A DNA stretch of 63,831 nt, the filler included, from Folioceros fuciformis (lineage: Eukaryota): the NCBI GenBank assembly GCA_049999805.1. It is 4 parts of 3 records of this genome, joined end to end, with 100 filler letters (N's around TTAATTAATTAA, not from the genome) between each part and the next. Parts side by side here need not be neighbours in the genome. Positions count along the whole stretch, not along the records: positions 48,937 to 60,348 come from JBNGIO010006371.1; positions 60,449 to 63,831 come from JBNGIO010006381.1; 2 more parts are not named here. The stretch is one strand, 5' to 3'. Shown piece by piece: positions 51,752 through 63,831 of the stretch. The notes beneath the pieces are model-generated. The model was not told where the DNA came from. It did not search any database and saw only the letters and a program-made list of their open reading frames with translations. A program made the position numbers and the translations under genes. The number at the start of each line of letters is the position of its first letter. The first letter of the stretch is position 1.

Positions 51752-52814
51752 AATCATTACAGGCTGGTAGCGATGCGTAGCCCGTTACATCTGTAGATGA
51801 CGTGTGCATTTGTACATCCAGAATGTACATGATAAATTCAAACAAGATACCTTCCGTATGCTGTTCTTCTCTTCCATGCTCACAAGTTCCCCGGTCTTCC
51901 TGGTCTGGTTTATGACAAACTGCTTTTCCTCAAACACGCCTTCTCTCTTAGCAGCAGGTGCGGCCACAACATGCTGTTGGGGAAAAAGATTGTCATTTAC
52001 CCCATTCTATAAGAGCATCGTTATGAGTCCTGGTTCTGTGGCCTCTGTGGTTGCTGACCCAAAACGGCACAGCGAATGTTATACTATGCCTCTGGATTGG
52101 ACGGCTAAAGATTACGCGACACTAACAAAAGCTGCCCATGCAGGGCAACATCTGCGGTGTACTGTCTACCCAGCGTGTTGTCTCTCCAAGCCATGAGCGT
52201 GGCATAGTACAAGAAAAACTTCCATCCGCTTCTACAACTTCTTCTAGTACAACTAGCCTTGAACAGTTACCATGACTACACCTACCTATCATGCTGCCAG
52301 GTTGATGATCTCACTGTGTTCTTTACGCGATCCAACACGAGGCCTTGTGGGAACTTACCTCACAGTCAAACTCGTAAGTGGCTGTAGGAAACATGAGAAT
52401 GTCGTAGAATCGGATTCAGGGATGCTTCCATGCCAAGCCCTCCGAAACCTTTCTGAAACATTTTGCAAGCTGCCAAAATGTGAACTCATGTCCAAGAAAG
52501 TGTTGGACAAAAAACAGATTTGCTTAACGTGCTGGCTCTTTCAATCTGCCCATGGAATTGTTTACCCTCCTCCCACCTCCAGGAGGCCTGGGATCGGGCA
52601 GTAGTGGGACAGTAGAGGAAAGAATTTCTCACAGCATACCCTCCTGGGGATGGGGATACTTCCAATTACAGTAATTCAAGACAACACATGGCTTTAGACA
52701 AAGTTGGTCGAATCTGTCTTTGGTTGCAGCCCACTCCAAACACGAACCCTGCAACGCTCTTACCCACAGGAAACAGAGATGGCTACAATAGCTTTTCACC
52801 ACGTCTATGGGGAC

Positions 52815-53292
52815 CTAGGAGCATTTCTTGGGCAGAGGAGCGCCGCACAGGCCGGAGTTCCCAGCGAAATCAGCGGCCGGGAACTTGCTGAGTTGCGAGG
52901 GGATGTGGCCTGTCAACAGGTTGTAAGACAGGTTCAGGTCTTGGAGGTCGGTGATCTGTGCGATGCTGGCGGGNNNNNNNNNNAGGTGACCCCCTCGAAT
53001 GAGCAGCAGTTCCCGCTGCTGTTCCATGTCACCAGCTGCCCACCGGGGTCCAGCAGCCCGGCCTTGAAAGCCAGCAACGCGTTCTGGTCCCGCTGCACGC
53101 ACACTGGGGTGGCAGCGGTACCGCCCACCAAAAGGAGCAGTAGGAGGAGNNNNNNNNNNNNNNNNNNNNNNNNNNNNNNNNNNNNNNNNNNNNNNNNNNN
53201 NNNNNNNNNNNNNNNNNNNNNNNNNNNNNNNNNNNNNNNNNNNNNNNNNGCAGTAGGAGGAGCGTCACGCTCTGCAATGAAACATGCCCCAT
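52815..53292 (-). CDS. Paralogous secreted LRR gene, tail-to-tail with the previous one; interrupted by N gaps
   Basis: Signal peptide MGHVSLQSVTLLLL..., LRRNT cap CVQRDQNALLAFKAGL.DP....TW....CCSFEGVT, then a gap, then LQDLNLSYNLLTGHIPSQL...FAGNSGLCGAPLPKKCS*. Confidence 0.8.
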
Positions 53293-54321
53293 CGTGTTAG
53301 GCTTTAGGCCGCTTCCGCCAACAAACACCCGTTCGCGAGTCCTACACGGATCGAAATAGGCGGGGATGAGAGGTGCGGCAGAGCGTGGGATGGGAACATT
53401 GATCGGATGAGATGGAGATTGCGATTAGCCCTCTGAAGTGGAGTTGCCTCCTTTATACCCGTGGTTCGAAGCTTCGTACGAAGAACCAACACCATGAGAC
53501 CTCTGTGGTGCCGTGGTATGCGTTGTCTGAATTCAGTCGCTACACTGTCTCGGACCGCTCTGTTGCCGGAAATCCGGCGATGGCTTCGGGTCAAGAGACA
53601 AGTTCAGTGGACAGTACCGTCGGCGGGTCCCACCCACAACCTACGCCGGGACACTAGCGTAGCGTCGTATGGACCACCTGCCCTTCCATCTCCAGGCTGG
53701 CAGGTCCTGGTAACTTTGGCTGAAAGGAGGAGCTTGCTGGATCCTGGCAGAGGGCATCTCCAGCCACAGAAAGCGAGCGATTGTAAGTGCCAGCGGATCG
53801 TGGAGAGGCAAGTGTGCCGGTCTCCTCTTGACTACCGGGTGGCCTAATCAGGAAAGAGCCACGGCCATCCATGCATCGGGACCAGGGTTGGACAGCACAT
53901 CACCTCCACCTGATTCCCGTTCCGTCAGGGAAACATTTCGGGGAATACAATTAGCCCAAAGCTCTTGGAGTACCGACAACGACAATGCACCTACTCTACT
54001 GCACTGTCCCTGTCTAACCGACATGCGGATGGGAGTCGACTCTTTATGCCCCACCACGTCCGCGTGTACTGCGTTATCTTTCTGACTGCAGTCTTTTTTC
54101 CACTATCCTTGGGCTGCCGATGTGCATACCAGCCCTTACCAATCTTGTAGAATCCTGTCGAGATATCCCCACCTCGTAGCATCCTGTTGCAGCCCGGACT
54201 CATCTCCCAGCCTGTTGCTGCTATTTCTTGTAGCTTTCCAACTGCGATATTCCCATCTCGTATCATCCTTTTGCATCCCATCCTCATTCTTCACCCTGTT
54301 GCTGCAAGGTCTTGTGGCTTC

Positions 54322-54422
54322 CTGCTGCTTTCCACCCTTGTAACAGTGCAATACGGCTTCCCACCACCCTTGTAACAATGCAATGCTGCTTCCCACCCTT
54401 GTAACAGCGCAATACTGCTTCT
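54322..54422. repeat. ~27-30 bp tandem repeat (ctgcttcccacccttgtaacagtgcaata), 3+ copies
   Basis: Directly visible imperfect tandem units. Confidence 0.8.
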
Positions 54423-57400
54423 CCATGGTATCCTGTGAAGATAATGAGCTGCCGCCCATGCCCAGGTTTTGTCTTATTGTCCAAGCTGCCATGATTCCAA
54501 AACACGTCCACAAAAGTGTTGGATCACTAGAAGCAACCAGAGCAGTACACGTCACCACACATATTGCAATCAGAGCTGTGCTGTGCCGCGAAAAAGGAAG
54601 CACGTGACCACAAAGCTCTCCGATGAGATGAGAATCTCTCAAACAATCTGCAAGGCGCCACACTTTGCGAAAGTCCATCCACCTTGAAGGCAAGGACGAA
54701 ACGACATGACCCGAACGAAGGGCACAAAGCAGGACGGCTAGCCTGTTTCGACAACATGGTGACAGTCTGGAGTGCGGTCGGATCCGCTGCGGGGTTCCGA
54801 TGTACGGATCTGGGTACCGTTGCTCCCTATCTGCTACCAGGAGCGTGATGGTAGATCACGTGGATATCCTGCCGGAGACTTATCGGGGCCTAGTGACGCA
54901 GGGTGGCCTTGATGTGCGTCTGGGCCCATCTTTTGAGAGCGAGTGTTGAATTTGCATCAGCTACGGAGATCAGCTAACTAGGCTGGAACAAACAAGGGAG
55001 AGCATCCATATCGGGCACAGACTGTTGTCCGAGATTCAGGCTGGCGTCGAGATTACGTGTATGCTTTCCGTTCCGTGTGCCAGTGTGCGGAATGACAGTC
55101 TCAAGGATTTGGAAACCCTTTGTGATGCTAAGGTTGTCTAGAAGCTATCCGCTACGCAGTCACCAGTTCTCCGACTTTCCATGTTCTCAGAGAGCTGAAT
55201 CTTGCGCAAGCCAGTCAATCTTTGAGCTAAAGGTACAAGGATCGATTGGATTGCGCATGATTCAGACGGGCTCCAGATCATCAAGGTACCAGGATATTTG
55301 TGTGATGGTGACGAGTTTGAGTCTATACGAGGTGTTAATTTGTGGTTTGTTCCTTTTAGAGTTGCTGATGCAGATGCTGACACATTTGTCAAGGTAAGAG
55401 TACGTATCTCATGCCATCGACTCAAAAGATGACAAGATAGATACTTCATCTAGGCAATTTGTCAGCACCCACGACAGAAGCTTTGAAAGGAGAAACCAAA
55501 AAATGGAGCTTGTAGATGCTATCGACGTCTGGAGATGCAGGAAGAGATCGCTTATGGGAGGAATAGTCTCTAGTGTAACTGGTTTTTTTCCTGGTTGCCG
55601 CTAGAACTCTGTGCAGCGAAGCAAGTTCCTTAGGAACAGGTATATCTTGATTATTTCATGGGCAAAGGCTTTTTGCAATGGAACGGGCGGCCTATTCCAG
55701 ACTCTTTTGTTGGCTACAGTTGTGGTGAACAGTGCGTGTGTGAAATGCAATTGCAGCTGCACCTGTGCTGCGACTGTACAGTCAAGCGAAACCTCTTTGT
55801 TGAGGCTCTGTCCCAGGGTATTGGTTGAGGGTCGGTCCAGGGGTCTATTAAGGGGCCTAATACGGAAGGTCCCGGCTGTGCTACATCTGTGAGAGAAACA
55901 AGCAATTTCTCTGGGTTGACCAGTGCATTGGAGTGTGTCAAAAATCTCTCCAAGACCTTGTCATGCTTCCGTTGCGACTGCCAGAGTTTTTCATCCAGGG
56001 TAGCCTGGCAAAGGTAGGCCATGACGCCCATGAATCAGCTCTTGTGTAAATTGCCACATGGCAATGTACCCTCCATATCTGTCTTTGTCCCTGATGGTTA
56101 GCTTTTGACAGCGAGCCAGGCCAAAGATGCAGGGTTAGCGAGCATGAAGCCATGCCGAAAGTGAAAAACACTGGGATGGTTTTGACACAAGGCAGTGATC
56201 CCGTCCTTGATCTAACTGGCAAGAATAGGCCGTTCATGGATTTGGCACCAACGGTAAAAGTCTTGAGCCCCCTGCTGTCTTGAGGATCGTGGGATGTAAT
56301 CATTCTGTTCCTCGTGTGCTGCAATATTATGGTCAGTATACATGTTATGGAGAGCAGAGAGAGAATTATAAGAGCTGGTCCTTGAGCTAGTTTTTGGTTT
56401 TTGGTTTTTGGTTTTGGTAGTTCTGCCACCGGATGCAGTAGCATACAGGTACTTCGGGAATGGAATGAGCTGTATGGTCGCAGAGCTGAACAGTGAAAGA
56501 CCCTTGACAGCCTATGACTCAGAAGTTCACACTACTGCACAAGCTATGGTGTTGTTGCTAAACGGTGAAACACCCCTCACAGCCTCGTCAATTGGAAATT
56601 CATACTACAGTGCAAAAACTATGGTACTGGTGTTCGACGGTGAAAGACCCATCACAGTTTTCACATTGAGTCTCATGGACAATGCTCAAATAGCGTGGGG
56701 TAAATCCCTCGTTGTTTGCGAACGTCGATCTCTTTCCTACGTCTCCTGACCACTCCGTGACAACGGGGTCACGGGATATCTCTGGCTTCATGAAAAGAAC
56801 GACGACAAAGTCCCCTCACCATTTCTAACCAGCCGTGGCACGCATTGTAGATGCATGCCGAGAACTAAGCAGGTGCGGTTTAAGCAGCAATGACCCATCA
56901 TTGTGTGATCCAAATGTATGCTTGGGAAGAGCCTTCCCACCGGAGAACATTTTAATGCTCATGTGCAGCCATCTAATCTAGACCTGGCGTGCAAGTTGTC
57001 TTTGAAGTCACATTTTGTGTCCCAAAGATCGTAAAGGGTATTGCTTATGTCTTAGCACATTGTTAATCCGATGTCCATGTACCCTTGCTACATGGTGAAG
57101 ACTCCGCGTAGCCAGCTGGCTCAATTGAAGCTAGTTCTCCTGTGTGTGCAGCGGATTTGCCCTAACGCTGTTCTGGCCTCGATCCAGGCCCGGCTACCGC
57201 TACTGACTGTACATCTAGACGGCGGAAGTCTGTGTCTTAAACGTCGCTCGCCCCTCCCCTGCAACAAGTTTGCTAGGACGAGCTCGCATTGCCTGGATCC
57301 TGGATTACTACCCAGCAGCTGGACGCAAGCACATGAATAGCAGCGTCCACGTTCAACCAGCTACATATGTAACCGTCTGCAACAATCGCTGGCACCTACA

Positions 57401-58240
57401 CGTGCACTACACGAGTCATTGGCGAGCGCTGGAAAGGCATGAATTTTGAATGGATGCTTCGAATGCAGAGCAGCAGTATCAGCGAAAGAGTACCCCTTGC
57501 AGTCTTCAGACGTTTTGCCTACACAAATCGTGAGGGTTTCCTTCCTGATGAAAACTGTGCGATCTGCCTGTGTGCTTCCATGTACTGGCGTGCGAAAGTG
57601 GATCCCATTTTCTGAGATCGGAATATTATCGACACCGAGGGCATCTTCGTCTGTACCACCCGCTGTTTGAAGTCGGTGGACCGCGGGTGCGTGAGAGTCG
57701 GGTCCACCATGGAGCGCTGGATTTGCTGGCAGTGAATTGATCGGGTTTGCCTACTGCATTTTCGAAAGGTTCTGACAGCTGCAGTGCTGTGATTGGGTGC
57801 GAGCCTCCGCCACCGGCTTGATACATGCGGAAATACCCTACGGGGGCTGCACGTTGAGATCGGGCCGGAACGAAGCTTTGTTGCGGAACATCTTGCTTGC
57901 AGCACAAGTGTGGCATATACCACACCTAGCGGTGAAGGTACAGTACTGTATACATTACTTATCAGTGTTTAATACTGAAGGTCATACTAAAAGGTTGTAC
58001 AGCTTGTGTTTGACACTAAAGGTCATATTAATGTACACCCCATGTTTGACTTCGCAGGGTTGACTTCACTCTCCACACCTTTCTGCGGGAGCCGTGAGCT
58101 AACTCGGGGTTTTTGGCAATCACAAGGGCATTAGGAGTATTCGCAGACACTACTGGTCGACAGGCAGTTTGTACAAACTCGATTACGCATCTGCTTGGTA
58201 CAGATTTTACAGCACCAACACTCGCGCGGATGGAAAAACG

Positions 58241-60348
58241 TCAGATTTCTCGACGCATTCTCAGAACCAACCGCTCTACGTGCTCACGGTCTTGGGCGTG
58301 GGGACATATCTGCAGCAGGTCAAACAGAGTTCTCAAGTTCCGCCTACAAACGCTTCCAAGCCAGATGCAGGCAGAAGCTGCTCCAACAACCCGAGGGATA
58401 GTTACTAACCTTCAAATACCGCTCCAGGCATGGTACTGCCTCCGTAAAGCGTTTGAGAAGGAACAGGCAAATTCCGTAGTCCCTTACCTGCGCACAACAA
58501 GCTCACTGCTAAGAATACCGAAGCTTCTCAAGGCTTTTGAGACATCGGGACAGGAACAGAAATCTACCTCGTCACTCCCGCCTGGGCGGACAACCTTGAG
58601 ATAATCGATGATGCAGAGGGTGCTGCACGGCAAAAGCCCCTCCATCGGTCAGTAAGACTAGCAGCAGACTATCATCAAGGCTCACATCAGAAGAAATTTG
58701 AACTTCAGTAGCACGACCGTCGAGCGAGGCAGTCGGGACACGGAAACTGTCGACGAACGTACCTTACAGGATCTTTGCGGCGGAAGTAAATGGTTTTGAG
58801 ATTGAACAGAATTCGGGTCAGAATGGATTGCTTTGAGACGTGAGAGCGTTTCAGGTTCAAGACATGTCGGTTCAGAGTTATCGGAATGCCAAAACATTTT
58901 GAAAGCTTTTCCTCCGCATCTTGCAAGAAAAGTATCTACAGACAAGGGACAAAATTACGAAGAGGTTAAGAAGGCCTGGGACGACAACAGAGGAACTCCA
59001 TCGTCACTCGCGAGAACGCGGAACAATATTTTAAGACGAGTAGAGCGTCATGCGCCAAAGTTGCAGGACTACCTTTCCCTCAGAGTGGGCATCCACCAGA
59101 ACTTCTAGACCTTCCCCAACTGGACGGCACATGAAATGAGTCGGCACATTTACCTGCCAAACCACATCTGGCTTAGCTTCAAACATTACAGCATACAGGG
59201 CCAATGCTGACACCCACTACAGACCGTTTCAGGAGTGCGCGGTGACACGAACGCTCACCTCTCGCATCGGCAGTCCCAACCGCCTGGCCAGCTCAATGTA
59301 AACGAGCACCAGCATAATCGGCAACCCTGCGATCGAGTAGCAAAAATCCTTCAGCGAAAATCATTAATCCAACCCAGGAACCTGTAAGATATCAGATTTA
59401 GCGCGAAAAATATCACTACAAAAAAAAAAGGCACCCTACCTTGTCGCCTGTCCAAGACCATGTTTATGCAGGAATTGTCAGGATCCAAAAAATCATGAGT
59501 CCCCGTCCAACCGGCCTGACCATACAGGTAGCTGTTGATTGCTTTGATCATTCGCAAAGGATAACGCTCTGCAAACATCAGGACACAGTTGGACGCATTC
59601 CCTGACAACTATGGAGCAAGCAATCACCAACTCACATCTCGACATGCAGCAAACCTGACCAGCTATCAGATTACCTTCGGGAGGAGGCAAGAGGGCTTGA
59701 ATTTCCGCAACCATCTGCTCGAACTTAGCATCAACTTCCTCCATCGTTGTTTTCGGATACCTGAAGTAACAACGTGAAAGAGCAGTAAGGGTCAAAACGA
59801 TGTAAATTCTAGCTTTCTTCGTCGCGTACCACAACCAGACTGACTATCTCCCAATCCGACTCACACGTGCTGGGCTATGAGGACTGTCGCGCGAATCACG
59901 CTAATTTCCTCCTCAGGCTTGGCCAGTTCCTCCCGAAACATCTCTCGAGCCAGCAACCGACCCTGCGCACAGAGCCAGTTTCAGTAAAAGCCCCAACTCG
60001 ATTCAAGGCAGACAACCTCCATCCCGCCAACCAAGCGAAGCAATTACCGTGTACAGCGACAACTCCTCTTCCAAGGAGCCACATTCAGTAGGAGCTCTGT
60101 CCAGCTCGGAAAATTCTGGCACGTCGCAGGACTCCCGCGGGTCCGATTCCGTAGCGTCACCGTACACCTCGTGGGTAGACGCTGCGGCAGAGTCCCCCTC
60201 CCCTGCACTTTCGTGAATCTCATGCGAGCTGCTGGTGCAGCCAGCACTAAAGCAGCTCCGCCGAGACCTCTCAGAGACCCCGTACACACCCGCTAAGCCC
60301 AAGCAAGCCGGCTTGGCCCTCCCATCCCCACCACCACCCGTGCCAGTC
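58241..60348 (-). CDS. SirB1-family (Transglut_core2) transglutaminase-like protein with C-terminal TPR; ~9 exons, start within gap
   Basis: Spliced product: LAREMFREELAKPEEEISVIRATVLIAQH.YP...ERYPLRMIKAINSYLY...DPDNSCINMVLDRRQGLPIMLVLVYIELARRLGLPM..VNVPTHFMCRP...LTRILFNLKTIY...VRDYGICLFLLKRFTEAVPCLERYL. Stop at 58243-58241. Confidence 0.85.
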
Positions 60349-60448
60349 NNNNNNNNNNNNNNNNNNNNNNNNNNNNNNNNNNNNNNNNNNNNTTAATTAA
60401 TTAANNNNNNNNNNNNNNNNNNNNNNNNNNNNNNNNNNNNNNNNNNNN

Positions 60449-61408
60449 GCAATGCTGGAAAAGTGTGTTCAGGGGCACAAGGAAGTCACAGAAGCAGCAG
60501 GGAAGTCTGGTGGTTCCGGACTGGAAGTTCTTATTCGAAGGCACACTGCAGGCATTGTAGAAGCCCACAGGGCAGCTCTCGAGGTTGCTGATTACAAAGC
60601 GACCTTGGCACAGCAGACTTATGATGTGGTCTTTGTTTCATGTATGTTTCTGTGATTCACTGGGTGCAAGTCTTACAGTTTTTCGGACCGTCGTATGGTT
60701 TATCTGTATTGCAAGACTGATGGCATATGGTCCCTTGTGCAGGTTGACAGCCACAGTCAGCGGCTTGATAAGGACCTGAAGAAGTTTGAGGAGGAGCTGA
60801 GGAGAGGTTTGACATCGAAGCCAGCATTCCGAGTTCCTCTTGTTCTTACTCAGTTTTCGGTTATAACCTGTCCATCTTGCGCAGAGCAAGTTCAGATTGG
60901 GGGTCAAGGAATTGCAGCAGGGTCAGAGATTCTCATTCAAGAGGAATCAGGGAGGAAAAAGTACGCACTCAAGACCACCACTTTGTTTCAAAGCATCCAT
61001 TCCCTCCTGCAGTTCTCTTTCAGCACGTCGCATCCTGCTTAATTTGCTCTTTGCAGCAGAGGGCAGTACACTGTTCCTGTTGCCTCACAAGTGGAGATGG
61101 ATCTATTAGTGCATCCAAACGAGCCAACGTACTGCTACTGCAACCAGGTCTCGTTTGGTGAAATGATAGCATGCGACAATTCGGAGGTGCACATTCTTCT
61201 TCTTCCCTCCCTGGCTAAGTTGCTGACGGCACTCCAGTTCTTCCGTGCCACCTCTTTCATGCCTTTTACTCATCACACTGTTGCACTTGGACATCAGTGC
61301 CCGACAGAGTGGTTCCACTTCGACTGTGTCGGCATCACTGCCCGGCCAAGAGACAAATGGTACTGCACCGACTGCTCTACAGTGATGAAGAAACGACGAG
61401 TGAAGTAA
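60449..61408 (+). CDS. ING1: PHD finger protein ING1-like (5' end in gap)
   Basis: ING domain exons (KATLAQQTYDVVDSHSQRLDKDLKKFEEEL) and PHD finger PNEPTYCYCNQVSFGEMIACDN..CPTEWFHFDCVG...KWYCTDC. Confidence 0.9.
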
Positions 61409-61737
61409 GTGACAACCAGAAGGGAGGCATTCCTGCAGGAGGCACAGCACTTTCGCAACACAATATGAACCACTTCCTCGCTTCATCAGTTTGTTCCGTT
61501 GTGTACATATTTCCCGAGTTTCTGAGCTGCTCAGTGCTACGCTCCGGATTTGGACTCTGGGTATGGGTATGGGTCCCTTGCCTGGGCTCTTCAGCACCGA
61601 GGATATCAAACGCAAGTAAAAGGCGCAAGCATACGCTAGCAACCACTCTGTGTACATATTCTTGTGTGATGTTCCGTAAGCAGATGTATTAGTCAGTTAA
61701 CCACTTATTCCAGCAACGGTTAGCTAGTGCGTTCTGC

Positions 61738-62160
61738 TCATGCCTCGTCCTGGCACGGGCCGGCCCCTGCGCTTCTGCAACTGATAAGCCTTGCAACCAC
61801 AACCAAAAGTTTCCTGGACAGGTCAGTATGTCCGTCAGCAAGTGCAGATTTTGCAGTGTCTAGAACAGAAGGAGACAGGCGGTCAAGAAGCTGTTCTTGG
61901 CGCCAACCTGTAAGCAAGCTTGACTCATCCACACACCTGCCCCTGTTTCTCCTTGCTCCCAAGCATCGCCTGTACCTCGCTGATCCATGGAACTTGCTAT
62001 AGTAAAAGTGCAGAACATCCTGCATGGCCTTCTGCCCAACAAATATCTTCACCATATGGAAGTCCTTGCCAAAGAGATACAGGCCCACTGTTAAAGACTT
62101 GATGTCATTCTCATCCTAGGGGTAAGTCATGGTACCGGGCAACAGAATCTGGTTGCTCCC
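61738..62160 (-). pseudogene. SANT-domain protein fragment (At1g09040/At2g47820-like family) with an in-frame stop
   Basis: LPGTMTYP*DENDIKSLTVGLYLFGKDFHMVKIFV...DVLHFYYSKF...TGWRQEQLLDRL. TAG at ~62116-62118 occupies the expected first SANT Trp position. Confidence 0.7.
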
Positions 62161-62571
62161 AGATGTTTCCTCGCTTGCCTGATTCAATTTGCTCATACTA
62201 GTCTTCTTAGTGTCATCAGTATGGCATTGCACGGAACTTGATCAAATTTAACTACTATGGTATGGACGTATTGTTGGAGAGCAGTGGGATATTGCGGAGG
62301 AGACCGGGGACATTGGTGATCGTGTTCACATTTTGATGACGTCACTCAAGAGCGCAGACAAACGATCGAATTTCTGCAGCAGAGTATTGTTGCGAAACTG
62401 AGAACATTTTTGTGCTTCTCCTGAAGGGAATCCTGGACTTGAACTAGTAGAAGGGATCATCAGGACTGAGTGTGTGGAGAACCTCGGGGAAGGAACCATC
62501 ATATCCAAAGCCAGTCACGGGGACCGCCCCTACTGAAGTCAGGGAAGGAACCATGATATCCAAACGAAAGG

Positions 62572-62975
62572 GTGAATGAAGGTCACTGGCGAGGTCTTGC
62601 AATGATGGTCAGCATAGAAAAAGGCAGAGATGGAGGACAGCTAGACAGAGGGCGACTTGACTTTCTTCTCCGCGGTGTGCCCTGGAAGTTTGAGATAGCT
62701 TGTGCGGTGGACGATCTTAAGGAAGCGAAATCAACGTTGGAGCACCTTCTCAGGCATCCTGGCTTAGAAAAGGACGATTGTTTTCTGTTTTGCGTTAGTG
62801 CCCATGGCGAGACTGAAGATGGTAGAGAGTATGTTTGCTTAGGTGCAGCAGACAAGGCGGAGAAGCTTTACGTTGAAGAAATATTTTGATGAGGGCCATA
62901 GCCATTGCCATTGTCAAGTACTTTGTGGTGGTAGACCCACCTGCATGTTCCACCGAGTATAGGCACAGGTAGGGC
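62572..62975 (+). pseudogene. Caspase-like (clan CD, C14) catalytic-domain fragment, truncated or frameshifted
   Basis: GLAMMVS...RDGGQLD...L..LL....KFE...DDCFLFCVSAHG follows the caspase p20 layout. Stop at 62887. The -1 frame continues KYFVVVDPPAC. Confidence 0.5.
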
Positions 62976-63096
62976 AGGGATAACGTCAAAGGTCGGATGC
63001 GGTATCATGCACAGCCCAAACCATCGATTCAATAGAGATAGATTCTAAAACCGAATCGGACATATTACCACAGCAGAATGTCACTACCCATACTTT

Positions 63097-63175
63097 TGCG
63101 GGGTGGAGCGACGTGTGTTGGGGTTGACTCTCCTCCGCGGGGTGGAGCGACGTGTGTTGGGGTTGACTCTCCTCC
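63097..63175. repeat. 39-bp tandem duplication
   Basis: gcggggtggagcgacgtgtgttggggttgactctcctcc occurs twice. Confidence 0.9.
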
Positions 63176-63831
63176 CGTTCAGAGACAGCAGGGTAATTTT
63201 CTCGTGAGGAGCACTAGGTATTCTCATCTGTTCTGCTTCATGTGGTCTGCGGCATGCATCCGTTCTCCGGGCTTGCTTTCACCGAATGCCTTGTCGATGG
63301 GCCCTAAAACTTGCAGCCAAGAAGGCTCTTTGAACGATCCCTGCCACCTAGACGTGGCGTGCCATCAGAGCAACCATGAGATGCAGCGAAACAGCTCCGA
63401 AACCTGCCAAACTCAAGTCTAGGCAGGCGATGTCTGCGGGAGCTATATGGTAATACTTCCTTCCCTGGTCCTTGGTTATGAAAAACTGTGCAAGCTGGAC
63501 ATCTGCCTCTTCCTCCTTTTACGTGCAATAATAGTAGCTGTATTCGAAGAATTGACCCTGCGGATACGTTACTGACAGGCAGCATCAGAACTCTTCAACC
63601 TTTTCCAACACAGAGCAAAGGGGTAGCTATGGAATGGCAGAAAAGCAGTTAGTAGTCAGCAAAGGGCAGCATCAGGAGTTTCCCAAGGAGCAATTGGTTG
63701 GAGGGAAGTACATTCCTGGATGTGCATCTTCCTGTGTGCTCAGTTACTGACCATGTGCAAGGTCCCATTGTGTCATTCGTGGAGTAGAATCAGCACTAGT
63801 TGATGGCCTACGAGAGTTAGTGAGTACCAAG

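Overview
Gene-dense eukaryotic nuclear DNA with short (~80-120 nt) GT-AG introns. It comes from an early-diverging land plant with flagellated sperm, most plausibly a hornwort (inferred from DRC3, MMAB, CTR1, LRR receptor-like genes and small introns). About 17 host genes were reconstructed by eye: a Met-rich 11S-type cupin (partial), phytyl ester synthase, an HDR1/KNB36-like protein, a YjjX-type ITP/XTPase, a multi-exon coiled-coil gene, a trihelix TF, DRC3, TSJT1/Wali7, cobalamin adenosyltransferase MMAB, FYV7/TAP26-like, mitochondrial ATP synthase gamma, Aurora kinase, an Expp1-like secreted protein, CTR1, two convergent TM-less LRR genes, a cyanobacterial-like SirB1 protein and ING1. A TE-rich island at ~23.9-31.5 kb holds a decayed PIF/Harbinger element and an RLE-type LINE remnant, which has a second copy at 48.4 kb. 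The right end carries a SANT pseudogene and a caspase-like fragment. The most notable items are the caspase-like p20 fragment, the B12 gene MMAB, the intron-bearing bacterial-type YjjX and the apparently secreted LRR pair. No multi-gene novel system could be demonstrated. All family calls rest on motif recognition, not database searches. TTAATTAATTAA strings inside N-gaps are assembly linkers.
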